A stretch of DNA of 64,000 nt from an uncultured Gemmatimonadales bacterium (GCA_963701965.1 OY969695.1:2976001-3040000), one strand, 5' to 3'. Shown: positions 31,789 to 42,437, counted from the stretch's first letter. Numbers and translations: made by a program. The notes: a model not told the origin generated them from the letters alone.

Positions 31789-33795
31789 CGCGCCAAATGC
31801 TGCCGCTCATGCTGGCGCTGGCGACGGTCGCCCGCGCGCAGCCGCCGCGCCGCGCCGTCACCGTCGAGGATGTCTATCGAGAACGGGATGTCTCGGATCC
31901 TCAAATCAGTCCCGACGGCCAATGGGTCGCCTACACGGTGAGCATGCTCGACTCGGCGAAAGACGAGTCCGTGTCCGACGTGTGGATGACCAGCTGGGAT
32001 GGCCAGCGGTCGATCCAGCTCACCCACGGCACCGCCAGCCAACACGCGCCCCGGTTCAGTCCCGACGGCAAGTCCCTGGCGTTTCTCTCGTCGCGCGAGG
32101 ACCCGCACGGCGCCGCGCAGGTCTGGATCCTGGACCGCGCCGGCGGAGAGGCTGGCCGGGTGACCAACTTCCCCGGCGGCGTCGATGACTACGCCTGGTC
32201 CCCGGACGGCACGCGACTCGCCATCGTGGCGACGGATTCCACGGGCGATACGCCCGTCCCCCAGCCGATCGTGCTCGATCGCTATCAGTTCAAGGCCGAC
32301 ATCACCGGCTACTTGACCGGCGCGCGGGACCGGCTGTACGTGTTCGATATCGCGAACCGCCGCGCCACGCTGTTGGACTCCGCCAACGCCGACGTGACCA
32401 CACCGGCGTTCGCGCCCGACGGCCGCGCCATCGCCTACGTGCGGAAGAGCCCCACCGCGGCATCGCATGACCCCGACCGCGCCGACAACAATGATGTATA
32501 CCTGGTAGACCTGGACGCGCAGGCCGCTCCGCGGCGGGTGACCACCTGGGAGGGCGATGACAACGATCCCGACTGGGCGTCCCCGATCAGCTGGAGTCCC
32601 GACTCCAAGTCCATCGCCTATACCCGCGGCGGCGATCCCAAGCTGATCTACTACACGATGCAGCACTTGTACGTCGCCCCGGCGACCGGCGGCGCGCCGC
32701 GGGCCATGACGCCGGCCTTTGACAACATCGTCACGGTGCCGCGGTGGTCACCCGACGGACGGTGGCTGTATTTCCTCGACGAGGAAGATCGCGCCGTCGG
32801 ACTCGCGCGCGTGCCGGCCGGCGGCGGGCCGATCGAGCACATCGTCCATGGGCGTCAGAAGCTCGAAGGCTATGCGATGGGTCCCGCGGGGCACATCGCG
32901 ATGCTCCAGACGACGCTCGATCGACCGGACGAGATCTTCGCGATCGATCCGGGGAAGGCCCCCAGGCAGATCACCCATCAGAACGACGCGTGGCTCGATC
33001 AGATCATCGTGGCGCCGACGCAGGAGATCAGCGCCAAGAGCGCCGAATGGGACGACGATCAACGGGTTCATGGTCACGCCCGCTGGCGCGCCCGCGCGCG
33101 CTAGGAGCCCGGCGATCCTCCGCCTCCACGGCGGCCCGGTGTGGGAGTTCTTCGACGCGTTCGACCTGCATATCCAACTTTTCGCCGCGCAGGGATATGT
33201 CGTGCTGTACGGCAACCCCCGCGGCAGCTCCGGCCGCGGCGACGACTTCGCGAAAGCCATCTGGGCCGACTGGGGCGTCAAGGACGTGCCCGACGTGCTG
33301 GCGCTCGTCGACTGGGCCATCGCCCGCGGCATCGTGGACCCCGCCCGTCTGGGCGTCGGCGGCCACTCCTATGGCGCCATTCTCACCGACCAGGTGATCG
33401 CCCGCACCACGCGGTTCAAAGCCGCCATCGCTGACGCCGGCCAAGGTAGCGCGATCGGCGGCTACGGCGTCGATCAGTACGTCCGGGAGTACGAGGCCGA
33501 GCTCGGCCTCCCCTGGCAACACCCCGACGTGTGGCAGCACGTGTCCTACCCGTTCTTTCACGCCGACAAGATCACGACGCCCACGCTGTTCATCTGCGGC
33601 GAGAAAGACTATAACGTGGCCTTGCCCGAGTCCGAGCAAATGTACCAGGCGCTGCGCAGCGTCGGCGTGCCCACGCAGCTCGTGATCTATCCGGGACAAT
33701 TTCACGAATTCACGCGACCCAGCTACATCGTGGATCGCCTGCACCGCGAAGTGGCCTGGTACGACCGGTATCTCTCGCGTCAGGGCGAGCGATAG
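31776..33795 (+). CDS. S9 family peptidase (acylaminoacyl-peptidase-like) with a +1 frameshift near 33046
   Basis: Signal peptide; SPDG propeller repeats; LHGGP, GGHSYG, D, H; removing one base restores KSADGTTINGF. Confidence 0.9.
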
Positions 33796-33864
33796 ATGCT
33801 CTTATAGAGCTCTCATAGAGAGAGTCTAGCCGCGCGAAGCGCGGCACACTATCGTGAGGGGCTT

Positions 33865-35457
33865 ATGGCCTCCTCGTACGACATCATCGTCATCGGCGCC
33901 GGACACAACGGTCTGGTCACCGCCGCGTACCTCGCCCGCGCCGGACTCAAGGTCCTGGTCTTGGAGCGACGATCTCTCGTCGGCGGAGCCTGCGTCACCG
34001 AGGAAGTTTGGCCAGGATTCAAAGTCTCGACAGCGTCGTATGTGAACAGCCTCCTGCGCCCCGAGATCATCCGCGATCTCGATCTCGCGTCGCACGGGTT
34101 CGCCATGATCCCCCGCAGCCCGTCGTCATTCTCGCCGTTCCCCGACGGCCGGTACTTGATGCTCGGCCCCGACAAGGACATGACCCACCGCGAGGTCGCG
34201 AAGTTCTCGGCCAAGGACGCCGACGCGCTGCCCCGCTACGAAGCCATGCTCGAACGCGTCGCCGATTTCATCGAGCCGACGCTCACGATGACGCCGCCGA
34301 GCCCCTGGTCGTTCACGCCGCGCAACCTGGCGGCCCTGGCCAAGCTGGGCTGGGGTTTCACCCGGCTCGGCACGCATGGCGTCGAGGCCATCGAAGTGCT
34401 CACCGGCGCCGCGCGCCCGATACTCGACCGGTGGTTCGAGTCCGAGCAACTCAAGACGACCCTCGCCACCGACGCCGTCATCGGCGCCAAAGCCTCGCCG
34501 TCAATGCCGGGCACGGCCTACGTGCTGTTTCATCACGTGATGGGCGAGACCAACGGCGTGCGCGGCGTGTGGGGCTACGTCCGGGGTGGCATGGGCGGGA
34601 TCTCCAACAGCATCGCCGCGGCGGCCCGCGCCGCGGGCGCCGAGATCCGCGTCAACGCCGAGGTCCAACAGATTCTGGTCAAGGACAATCGCGTGCAGGG
34701 CGTGGTGCTCGCCGACGGCACCGAGATTCGCGCGACGCGCGTCGCCTCGGGGGCCGACGCCCACGTGACCTTCGAGCGCCTGATCGACCCCGAAGCGCTT
34801 TCCAATGAGTTCGCCGCCGCCATCGCCAACATCGACTACGCCAGCGGCAGCCTCAAGATCAACGTCGCGCTGAGCGAGCTCCCCGACTTCACCGCGTGCC
34901 GCGGCACCGCGCCCGGTCCCCAGCATCGCGGGACGATCCACATCTCGCCGACCATGGACTACATCGAGGAAGCCTACGACGACGTGAAGTACGACCGGCC
35001 GTCGAAGAGCCCGATCCTCGAGTGCACCATTCCCTCGGTCCTCGATCCCACGGTGGCGCCGGCCGGGAAGCACCTCATGTCAATGTTCATCCAGTATTTT
35101 CCCTACACGCTCCGCGACGGCAGCACGGTCGAGCAGGCGAAAGAGAAATTCGCCGACCGTTGCTTCGACATCCTGAACGAATACGCGCCGAACTTCAAAC
35201 GCGCGGTCATCGATCGGCAGGTCCTCGCCCCGGTGGACATCGAGCGCCGCTACGGGCTGACGGGAGGGAATATCATGCAAGGCGCCATGTCGCTCTCCAG
35301 CCTCTTCTTCATGCGGCCGGTTGCCGGATACGCCGACTATCGGACGCCCATCAAGCACCTGTACCTCTGCGGCGCCGCCACGCACCCGGGCGGTGGGGTC
35401 ATGGGTGCGTGCGGATACAACGCCGCGCGAGAGATCCTGCGGGACGCCGGCCGGTGA
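33865..35457 (+). CDS. Phytoene dehydrogenase-like FAD oxidoreductase (PYROXD2-like)
   Basis: IGAGHNGLVTAAYLARAG, PGTAYVLFHHVMG, GGMG, LYLCGAATHPGGGVMG. Confidence 0.9.
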   Translation: MASSYDIIVIGAGHNGLVTAAYLARAGLKVLVLERRSLVGGACVTEEVWPGFKVSTASYVNSLLRPEIIRDLDLASHGFAMIPRSPSSFSPFPDGRYLMLGPDKDMTHREVAKFSAKDADALPRYEAMLERVADFIEPTLTMTPPSPWSFTPRNLAALAKLGWGFTRLGTHGVEAIEVLTGAARPILDRWFESEQLKTTLATDAVIGAKASPSMPGTAYVLFHHVMGETNGVRGVWGYVRGGMGGISNSIAAAARAAGAEIRVNAEVQQILVKDNRVQGVVLADGTEIRATRVASGADAHVTFERLIDPEALSNEFAAAIANIDYASGSLKINVALSELPDFTACRGTAPGPQHRGTIHISPTMDYIEEAYDDVKYDRPSKSPILECTIPSVLDPTVAPAGKHLMSMFIQYFPYTLRDGSTVEQAKEKFADRCFDILNEYAPNFKRAVIDRQVLAPVDIERRYGLTGGNIMQGAMSLSSLFFMRPVAGYADYRTPIKHLYLCGAATHPGGGVMGACGYNAAREILRDAGR

Positions 35458-36563
35458 CCACCGCGCGGCACGAGGGGACGCTGGAGCGCACGCTCCCACG
35501 CGACGAGTACTTCTCGACGAAGTTCTTCGAGCGGGAGCGCGAAGGGATCTTCTCCCGCGAATGGGTCTACGTGACGCGCGACGAAGGCTTGGCCGAGCGG
35601 GGGGCGTACGCGGTCGTCAATGTGGCGGGCGAGAGCATTCTCGTCGTGCGATCGGACGATGGACTGCACGCCTACTACAACCTGTGCCGCCACCGCGGGT
35701 GCCAGCTCATCCTCGGCGCCGGCGAATCCACGGGACAGTTCCAAGCCGGCATCCGGTGTCCCTACCACTCCTGGACGTACACCCTGGATGGACTGCTCAA
35801 GAGCGCGCCCTTTCTCGACGACGCCAGCGGGTTCACCAAAGCCGATTTCCCGCTCCACGCCGTATCGGTCGACACGTGGGGCGGGTTCGTGTTCGTGAAC
35901 CTCGACCCGCATCCCCGCCAGACGTTGCGCGAGCAACTGGGGCCCATCCCCGAGCGGGTCGCGCGCTATCCGCTGGCCGACCTCCGGTGCGCGTGGACCG
36001 TGGTGTACGACGTGGCGGCCAACTGGAAGGTGGTGCTCGAGAACTACAACGAGTGCTACCACTGCGCCGGCGTCCATCCCGAGCTCTGCGCCGTCGTGCC
36101 GGCGTTCAAGCATCGCGGCGGCTCCGAGCTGGACTGGGAGCGCGGCATCCCCCACGCGCCGGGCGCCTGGACGTTCACGTTCAGCGGCACGACCAATCGC
36201 GCGCCGTTCCCCGGGCTCGACGCCGACGAGCAGACGCGGCACAAGGGCGAGTTGATCTACCCCAACTTCATGTGCAGCTTGTCCGCGGAGCACGTCGCCA
36301 CGTTCCGCCTGCAGCCGCTGGCGCCGGACCGGACGCGCATCACGTTCGACTGCCTATTCCATCCGTCGGCGATCGCCGCGCCCGACTTCCACCCGACCGA
36401 CGCGGCCGATTTCTGGGATCTGGTGAATCGCCAGGATTGGGCCATCTGCGAAGGCGTGCAACGCGGCATGCGCGCCCGGCCGTTCGAGTCGGGGTTCTAT
36501 GCGCCGATGGAAAGCCTGAGCCTCGATATCCGGCGCTATATCCGCGAACGACTCGGGCCATGA
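35454..36563 (+). CDS. Rieske non-heme iron oxygenase alpha subunit (GbcA/Stc2/choline monooxygenase-like)
   Basis: CRHRG...CPYHSW Rieske motif; NWK..ENYNECYHC..VHP; QDW.ICE.VQRG. Confidence 0.92.
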   Translation: MTTARHEGTLERTLPRDEYFSTKFFEREREGIFSREWVYVTRDEGLAERGAYAVVNVAGESILVVRSDDGLHAYYNLCRHRGCQLILGAGESTGQFQAGIRCPYHSWTYTLDGLLKSAPFLDDASGFTKADFPLHAVSVDTWGGFVFVNLDPHPRQTLREQLGPIPERVARYPLADLRCAWTVVYDVAANWKVVLENYNECYHCAGVHPELCAVVPAFKHRGGSELDWERGIPHAPGAWTFTFSGTTNRAPFPGLDADEQTRHKGELIYPNFMCSLSAEHVATFRLQPLAPDRTRITFDCLFHPSAIAAPDFHPTDAADFWDLVNRQDWAICEGVQRGMRARPFESGFYAPMESLSLDIRRYIRERLGP

Positions 36564-37741
36564 CCGTCCGACAAACGCGACGGGATTTCGAGTACATCGT
36601 CCTCGGGCTCGGCGGCCTGGGCTCGGGCGCCGCGTACTGGCTGAGCCGGCGGGCGGGCGCCGACGTGTTGGGCATCGAGCAGTTCGCCCTCGGGCACGTC
36701 CGCGGCGAGTCGCAGGACCACTCGCGCATCATTCGCCTCTCGTACCACCGGCCGGACTACGTGGCGCTCGCCAAGCGGGCCTACGCGTCGTGGGACTTGC
36801 TCGCGGCCGATGCCGGCGAGTCCGTCGTCCTCGAGACCGGCGGCCTCGATCTCGGTCCGCGCAATGGCGCGATCCCGCTCGCGGGTTACGCCGACAGCAT
36901 GACGGCCGCCGATGTCGACTTCGAATGGCTCGACGCCGACGAGATCATGCGGCGTTGGCCGCAGTGGCACGTCGACGACACGATTCACGGGCTCTATCAA
37001 GCGCGGGGCGGGATCGCCATGGCGGCCCGGGCCAATGCGGCGCATCAAAAAGCCGCGCGCGCCTTCGGCGCGACGCTGCTCGAAAACACCACGGTATCGG
37101 GCCTGGGATCCCGAGACGGCGAAGTGCACGTAGACGCCGGTGGCGTGACGTATACGGGACGGCAGCTCATCATTGCGGCCGGGCCATGGTCGGCGAACGT
37201 GTTGGCGTCCTTTGGCGTGCATATCCCGCTGGAGATTACGCAAGAGCAGGTGACGTATTTCGCGCCGCCGGAGGCGGGCGCGTTCGCGCCTGATCGGTTC
37301 CCCGTGTGGATCTGGATGGACGATCCCTCGTACTACGGCTTTCCGGTGTTCGGCGAAGCCGGTCCCAAAGCGGCGCGGGACGCCGGCGGCCGCCCGGTGA
37401 CCGCGGATACGCGCACGTTCGACCCGGACCCGGAGGCGATTCGCCTCCTTCGCGCCTTCCTCGCCCGGTATTTGCCCAGTATGGTCGGGCCTGAGATCTA
37501 CACCAAGACTTGTCTGTACACGCTGACGCCGGATCGCGATTTCGTGATCGACCGCGTCCCGGGGCACGACAACGTGCACATCGCGATCGGCGCCGGGCAC
37601 GCGTTCAAGTTCGCGTCGGTCATTGGTCGGACGCTGTCGGAACTGGCGATGGACGGCCGTACGCCGTCGGATCTCGGGATGTTCGGGATCGACCGGCCGA
37701 TCCTCCAGATGGCAAACCCGCCCAAGCACTACATGCAATGA
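36560..37741 (+). CDS. solA: N-methyl-L-tryptophan oxidase/monomeric sarcosine oxidase family flavoprotein
   Basis: GLGGLG, SRIIRLSY, TCLYTLTPDRDFVID (covalent FAD Cys), GHAFKF. Confidence 0.8.
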   Translation: MTVRQTRRDFEYIVLGLGGLGSGAAYWLSRRAGADVLGIEQFALGHVRGESQDHSRIIRLSYHRPDYVALAKRAYASWDLLAADAGESVVLETGGLDLGPRNGAIPLAGYADSMTAADVDFEWLDADEIMRRWPQWHVDDTIHGLYQARGGIAMAARANAAHQKAARAFGATLLENTTVSGLGSRDGEVHVDAGGVTYTGRQLIIAAGPWSANVLASFGVHIPLEITQEQVTYFAPPEAGAFAPDRFPVWIWMDDPSYYGFPVFGEAGPKAARDAGGRPVTADTRTFDPDPEAIRLLRAFLARYLPSMVGPEIYTKTCLYTLTPDRDFVIDRVPGHDNVHIAIGAGHAFKFASVIGRTLSELAMDGRTPSDLGMFGIDRPILQMANPPKHYMQ

Positions 37742-39210
37742 GGGCGCGTCTCACCGGAGTTTTCGTCATGGCCGTCACTCTGACTCCCACCATCGGCTCG
37801 GCGCAGCGGGCGACCGGCGTACCGGTCGCGCCGCTGCTCGCCGAGTCGGACTCGGGAGATGTGGCGCTCCGCGATGAGGGCGTGAAAAAGCTCGCCGAAT
37901 ATCTCGCCATCAACACGACGAACCCGCCCGGCAACGAGCTGGCCACCGCCCAGTGGCTCCAGAAGACGCTCGCGGCCGAGGGTATCGACGGTCAGATTCT
38001 CGACACGGCCGAGCTGGGACCGGGTCGCGCCAACTTCTACGCGCGCCTGCCGGCGACGGTGCCGGCCACCGGCCCTCTGCGCGGCGCGCTGGCGCTGGTC
38101 AGCCACATGGACGTGGTCCCGGTCTCGCGCGAGTTCTGGTCGGTGGATCCGTTCGCCGGCGTCGTCAAGGATGGCTACGTGTGGGGCCGTGGCGCGCTGG
38201 ACATGAAAGGGCACGGGCTCGTCCAGCTCATGGCGCTGATCGCGCTCAAACGGTCCGGCGTCCCGCGCACGCGCGACATCGTCTTCATCGGCAACGCCGA
38301 CGAAGAAGTCGACGGGAAGGGCGCGATCACGTTCGTCGAGCGGCACAAGGACCTGCTGCGGGGTGTGCAATTTCTCCTGACCGAGGGAGCGGACACGCGC
38401 GTCGAACAGGGTCGGCTCAAATGGTTCGCAATCGACGTCGGCGAGAAGCGCGCGTTCTGGCAACGCCTCACGGTGCACGGCACGGCGTCGCACGGCTCGG
38501 TCCCGACGCCCGACAACCCCGTCCCGCGCCTGGCCCGCGCGCTGGCCCGCGTGGCGAACTGGGAGACGCCGGTGCGGGTCATCCCGCCCGTGGCCCGGTA
38601 TCTGGCCGCGCAGGCGCCCTACGAGACCGGCGAGCGCCGGGGTTGGCTGTCCGACGCCGGCACCGCGATCCAGGATCCGCGCGCCCGAGCCTGGCTCCTG
38701 TCGGAGCCGGAGCGCAACGCGCTCCTCCGCAACACGGTGTCGATCACGATGCTCAAGGGATCGAACCAGACCAACATCATCCCTCAAGAGGCGTCGGCCG
38801 ACCTCGACATCCGGCTCTTGCCTGATGAGGACACCGTGGTGTTTCGGAACACGCTGCGGCGGGTCATCGACGATCCCAAGGTCACGATGCACACGGTCGC
38901 CGACGTCGAGCCACGGTTCAACGCGCCGCTCGACACCGAGCTGTTCCGCGCGTTGGAGCGCGTGATCCACGAGATGACGCCAGGCGCGCCGATCGCCACG
39001 CCGATCAACGTCGGCGCGTCGGATCGGCCCACCTACGCCGACGCCGGCATCGTCTGCTACGGCCTCGACCCGTGGCTCGTCGACTTGACCGAGAACCGGC
39101 GCGGGGTCCACGGGAACGACGAGCGCGTGTCCGTGGACAACGTGGGATTTGGCATCCGGTTCTACCGGCGTTTGCTCGAGACTTTCGCCGGCGCGCCGAC
39201 CGGCGCCTGA
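37738..39210 (+). CDS. Exported M20/M25/M40 metallopeptidase
   Basis: TTNPPGNE, SHMDVVP, GRGALDMKG, ADEE, HGNDER. Confidence 0.9.
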   Translation: MRARLTGVFVMAVTLTPTIGSAQRATGVPVAPLLAESDSGDVALRDEGVKKLAEYLAINTTNPPGNELATAQWLQKTLAAEGIDGQILDTAELGPGRANFYARLPATVPATGPLRGALALVSHMDVVPVSREFWSVDPFAGVVKDGYVWGRGALDMKGHGLVQLMALIALKRSGVPRTRDIVFIGNADEEVDGKGAITFVERHKDLLRGVQFLLTEGADTRVEQGRLKWFAIDVGEKRAFWQRLTVHGTASHGSVPTPDNPVPRLARALARVANWETPVRVIPPVARYLAAQAPYETGERRGWLSDAGTAIQDPRARAWLLSEPERNALLRNTVSITMLKGSNQTNIIPQEASADLDIRLLPDEDTVVFRNTLRRVIDDPKVTMHTVADVEPRFNAPLDTELFRALERVIHEMTPGAPIATPINVGASDRPTYADAGIVCYGLDPWLVDLTENRRGVHGNDERVSVDNVGFGIRFYRRLLETFAGAPTGA

Positions 39211-39818
39211 GGGGCCGCGAGCTCGAGGCTTCGCCACAGGTACCACGCGGCGACCGACCCGTACGGCGCCCACGCCTTGCCCACCGTCAGGACTTTCGCC
39301 GGCGTGGGCAGCTTCCGGAGGCCGTACGCGCGCTGGATCGCCGTGCGCACGCCGAGGTCCAACTCGGGTACGATGTCGGGCCGCCCGAGGCGAAAGATGA
39401 GGAACATGTGCGCGGTCCACCGGCCGATGCCCTTGACCTGCACCAGCGCCTCGATGATGGCGCTGTCCTCGAGCTCATGCAGCCGCTCGACGTCGAGGCT
39501 TCCTTCCACCGCGCGCGTCGACAGGTCCTTGACGTACTTGATCTTCGCCCACGAGAGCCCGGCGCTGCGCAGGGTATCGGCGCCGGTCGCCAAGAGGTCG
39601 GCCGCGCTGGGGCTCCGGTCGCCGAACAGCGCCCGCACGCGGCCGTAGATCGTGGTAGCGGCCCGGGTGGAGAGCTGCTGAAAGACGATGGATCGGACGA
39701 GGGCGTCGAAGTGCGTACCCTCGGCGCGGATCTCCAGCCGGCAGGCGCCGACGCGCGCGATGATCCGCGCCAAAACCGGGTCCGATTGTTTGAGGTGGGT
39801 GACGGCGCGGTGGTGCAT
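39162..39818 (-). CDS. alkA: DNA-3-methyladenine glycosylase II (AlkA family)
   Basis: SIVFQQLS, VKGIGRWTAHMFLIF.LGRPD, D.GVR, WAPYGSVAAWYLWRS. Confidence 0.9.
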   Translation of the reverse strand: MHHRAVTHLKQSDPVLARIIARVGACRLEIRAEGTHFDALVRSIVFQQLSTRAATTIYGRVRALFGDRSPSAADLLATGADTLRSAGLSWAKIKYVKDLSTRAVEGSLDVERLHELEDSAIIEALVQVKGIGRWTAHMFLIFRLGRPDIVPELDLGVRTAIQRAYGLRKLPTPAKVLTVGKAWAPYGSVAAWYLWRSLELAAPQAPVGAPAKVSSKRR

Positions 39819-39835
39819 GGGGCAAATTTAGCACC

Positions 39836-40720
39836 ATGCATCTCTTCGGCGGACACACGCGCGATGTCGGCGGCATCGACATGACCGTCCGGCGTGCCGG
39901 GGCCGCCGGCATGCGGGCGATGCAGCTCTTCACCGCGATTCCCAAGTACTACGGCGACAAGAGCACGATTCGCCCCGAACGCATCCAACGCTTTCGCACG
40001 GCGCTGGCCGAGACGACGATCGAGCCGGCCCACGTGATGGCGCACGGGGCCTATGTCCTGAACCTGGCCACCGACGACTCGGAGAAGTATGCCCGCGCCA
40101 GCGCCGGCCTCCTCAAGGAGCTGGAGCGCTCCACGTCCCTGGGGATCGGATCGCTGTGCTTTCACCCGGGTGCGGCGACCGGCGGCGATATAGATGGGGC
40201 CTATGCGCGGATCGCGCACGCCATCACGGCGGCGCTCGAGGCGATCCCCGGGTCGACGCGCGTGCTGGTCGAGAACACGGCGGGCGCGGGGAGCACCGTG
40301 GGGCGCACGCCGGAGGAGATCGGCGCGATTCTCGACGAGGTGCCGAAGGCGCTGCGGCCCCGCACGGGCTATGGGTTGGACACGTGCCACTTGTTCGCCG
40401 CGGGCCACGACATTACGCGATCGGCGGGCACCCAGGGCGCCGTGCTCGATGCGTTCGAGAAAACGACGGGCGAGCCGCCCTCGTTCTTTCATCTCAACGA
40501 TAGCGAAGGCACACTCGGCTCGAACCGCGACCGCCATGCGCTGATCGGACAGGGGCAGATCGGTGTCGAGCCGTTTCAATGGCTGCTCCACGACCGTCGA
40601 TCGCATGGCGTGCCGCTCATTCTCGAGACGCCGCAGTCGGAGGACGAGATCGACGCCAACGATCCGACGCCCGACCTGTACGATATGCAAATGCTCGAAC
40701 TACTGCGTAGCCTGGAGTGA
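39836..40720 (+). CDS. nfo: Endonuclease IV (AP endonuclease)
   Basis: HGAYVLNL, FHPG, ENTAG, LDTCHLFAAG, HLNDS, DRH and LETP metal ligands. Confidence 0.93.
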   Translation: MHLFGGHTRDVGGIDMTVRRAGAAGMRAMQLFTAIPKYYGDKSTIRPERIQRFRTALAETTIEPAHVMAHGAYVLNLATDDSEKYARASAGLLKELERSTSLGIGSLCFHPGAATGGDIDGAYARIAHAITAALEAIPGSTRVLVENTAGAGSTVGRTPEEIGAILDEVPKALRPRTGYGLDTCHLFAAGHDITRSAGTQGAVLDAFEKTTGEPPSFFHLNDSEGTLGSNRDRHALIGQGQIGVEPFQWLLHDRRSHGVPLILETPQSEDEIDANDPTPDLYDMQMLELLRSLE

Positions 40721-40787
40721 CGAGCGCGGCAGTGGCGCAAGGGGCGGCAGGTGCGCTTCACCGCCGAAGCGCTCAACTTATGACGAG

Positions 40788-42437
40788 ATGAACGAGCCGC
40801 AGCAGTCGTTGGCGATTCGGTTGTTGTCCGGCATGAGTGGTGCGACCGGTGTACTAGTCGCACTAGTTGCAGCGATCGACTTAGGGGTCTGGCGCACGGG
40901 CATGGCGCCGTTTTTGGGGCCGCAGACGGAGTTCAGCGCCCCGATTCCCGCGACGGCGCTGGCACTGTTCGGCATCGGTGTCGCCCTGTGGCTGGGCCGC
41001 TCGGACAGCGTGCCCCGTTGGTCCATTCTCGCTTCGCGCATGATCGCGACCGCCGTCGTCATCTGGGCGTGCCTCTTTCTCATCGAATGGCTGGCCGATA
41101 TCAACCTGGGCATCGATCGGGTGCTGTTCTCCGATCACGTCTACCAGGCGGCGGGCAAGCCGCACGGACGGCCGTCGATCTCGATCGACATCACGTTGGG
41201 GCTGATCGGACTGGCGCTGGTGGCGTTGCACGCGGACTCGCCGATCGCGCACGCGGTGACCCGCGTCGGGACGGCGGTCACCATGTTGATCACGTTCACG
41301 GTGATCGTGAGTCATGTCAACGGGGCGCGCGACTACTACCACGTCTCGCCGTTCGCCGACATGTCGCTCGTCTCGGCGCTGGCGCTGGGATTGGCGGCGC
41401 TGGGCATCCTCCTCGTGCGGCCGGCGTCGCGCGGCGGGCTATCGTCCATCTTGGTCGACGATGGCGCGGGCGGCGTCCTGGCCCGGCGGCTCCTGCCCGC
41501 CGCGGTGCTGGTGCCGATGGTGTTGGGACGCCTCTGGCTGAGCGGCGCGGTCGCCCTCTGGTATGACCCGCGCGGCGGAGCGTCGCTCTTCGTCGTCGCG
41601 TCCACCGTGGTGCTGGTCTGGGCCGTGGCGCGCAGCGCGCACGTTGTCCATGCGGCCGACGGGCAACGGTCGCGGCTGCTCGTCCGCGAGCAGATGGCGC
41701 GGCAAGAGGCGGAGAGCGCGAATCAGGCCAAGGTCAACTTCCTGGCCGTCATGTCGCATGAGCTGCGCACGCCGCTCAGCGCCATCATCGGCTATGAGGA
41801 GCTGCTTGCCGATGGCATCACGGGGCCGATCAACGATGGGCAACGCCAGCAATTGTCGCGCATCAAAGCGAGCGCCCGCCATTTGCTGCAGCTCATCGAT
41901 GAGATCCTGACGTACTCGCGCGCCGAGGCGGGGCGCGAGGAGGTCGATGTGGAGACGCTGCCGGTGCAGGCGGTCATCGAAGAGGCGATCGCGCTGGTCT
42001 CGCCGATGGCGGACGACAAAGGGGTCGCGGTCACCTGCGTGCCGCTGGCGACGAGCACGCCGATCCGTACCGATGCCCAAAAGGTGCGGCAGATTCTGGT
42101 CAACCTGCTGACCAACGCCATCAAGTTCACCGAGCGCGGGGGGTCGGTCGCCCTCGGCGTCACGCTCATTGAGCGCACGGTCGCGATCGCGATCCGCGAC
42201 TCGGGGATCGGCATCGCCTCCGAGCACTTCGACCGGATCTTCGAACCGTTTTGGCAGGTGGAGCAAAAGGCCACGCGGACCGCCGGAGGCACGGGCCTGG
42301 GTCTCAGCGTCTCGCGGCGCCTGGCGCGGATGTTGGGCGGTGATATCGAGGTGGAAAGCGACGTCGGACACGGTAGCACCTTCACCGTCACCTTGCCGCT
42401 CGATTCGCGGCTACCAGCGCTGGTGCGGTCGGCTTAG
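40788..42437 (+). CDS. Multi-TM sensor histidine kinase
   Basis: About 8 TMs; MSHELRTPL, NLLTNAIKFT, DSGIGI, GGTGLGL. Confidence 0.92.
   Translation: MNEPQQSLAIRLLSGMSGATGVLVALVAAIDLGVWRTGMAPFLGPQTEFSAPIPATALALFGIGVALWLGRSDSVPRWSILASRMIATAVVIWACLFLIEWLADINLGIDRVLFSDHVYQAAGKPHGRPSISIDITLGLIGLALVALHADSPIAHAVTRVGTAVTMLITFTVIVSHVNGARDYYHVSPFADMSLVSALALGLAALGILLVRPASRGGLSSILVDDGAGGVLARRLLPAAVLVPMVLGRLWLSGAVALWYDPRGGASLFVVASTVVLVWAVARSAHVVHAADGQRSRLLVREQMARQEAESANQAKVNFLAVMSHELRTPLSAIIGYEELLADGITGPINDGQRQQLSRIKASARHLLQLIDEILTYSRAEAGREEVDVETLPVQAVIEEAIALVSPMADDKGVAVTCVPLATSTPIRTDAQKVRQILVNLLTNAIKFTERGGSVALGVTLIERTVAIAIRDSGIGIASEHFDRIFEPFWQVEQKATRTAGGTGLGLSVSRRLARMLGGDIEVESDVGHGSTFTVTLPLDSRLPALVRSA

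Noticed and set aside
31374..33104. Membrane protein-peptidase fusion shown in the ORF track
   Set aside because: An artefact of the frameshift near 31641; the peptidase has its own signal peptide from about 31776
33865..35457. Carotenoid biosynthesis gene
   Set aside because: No crtB/crtE/crtY in context; the neighbours are N-demethylation-type enzymes
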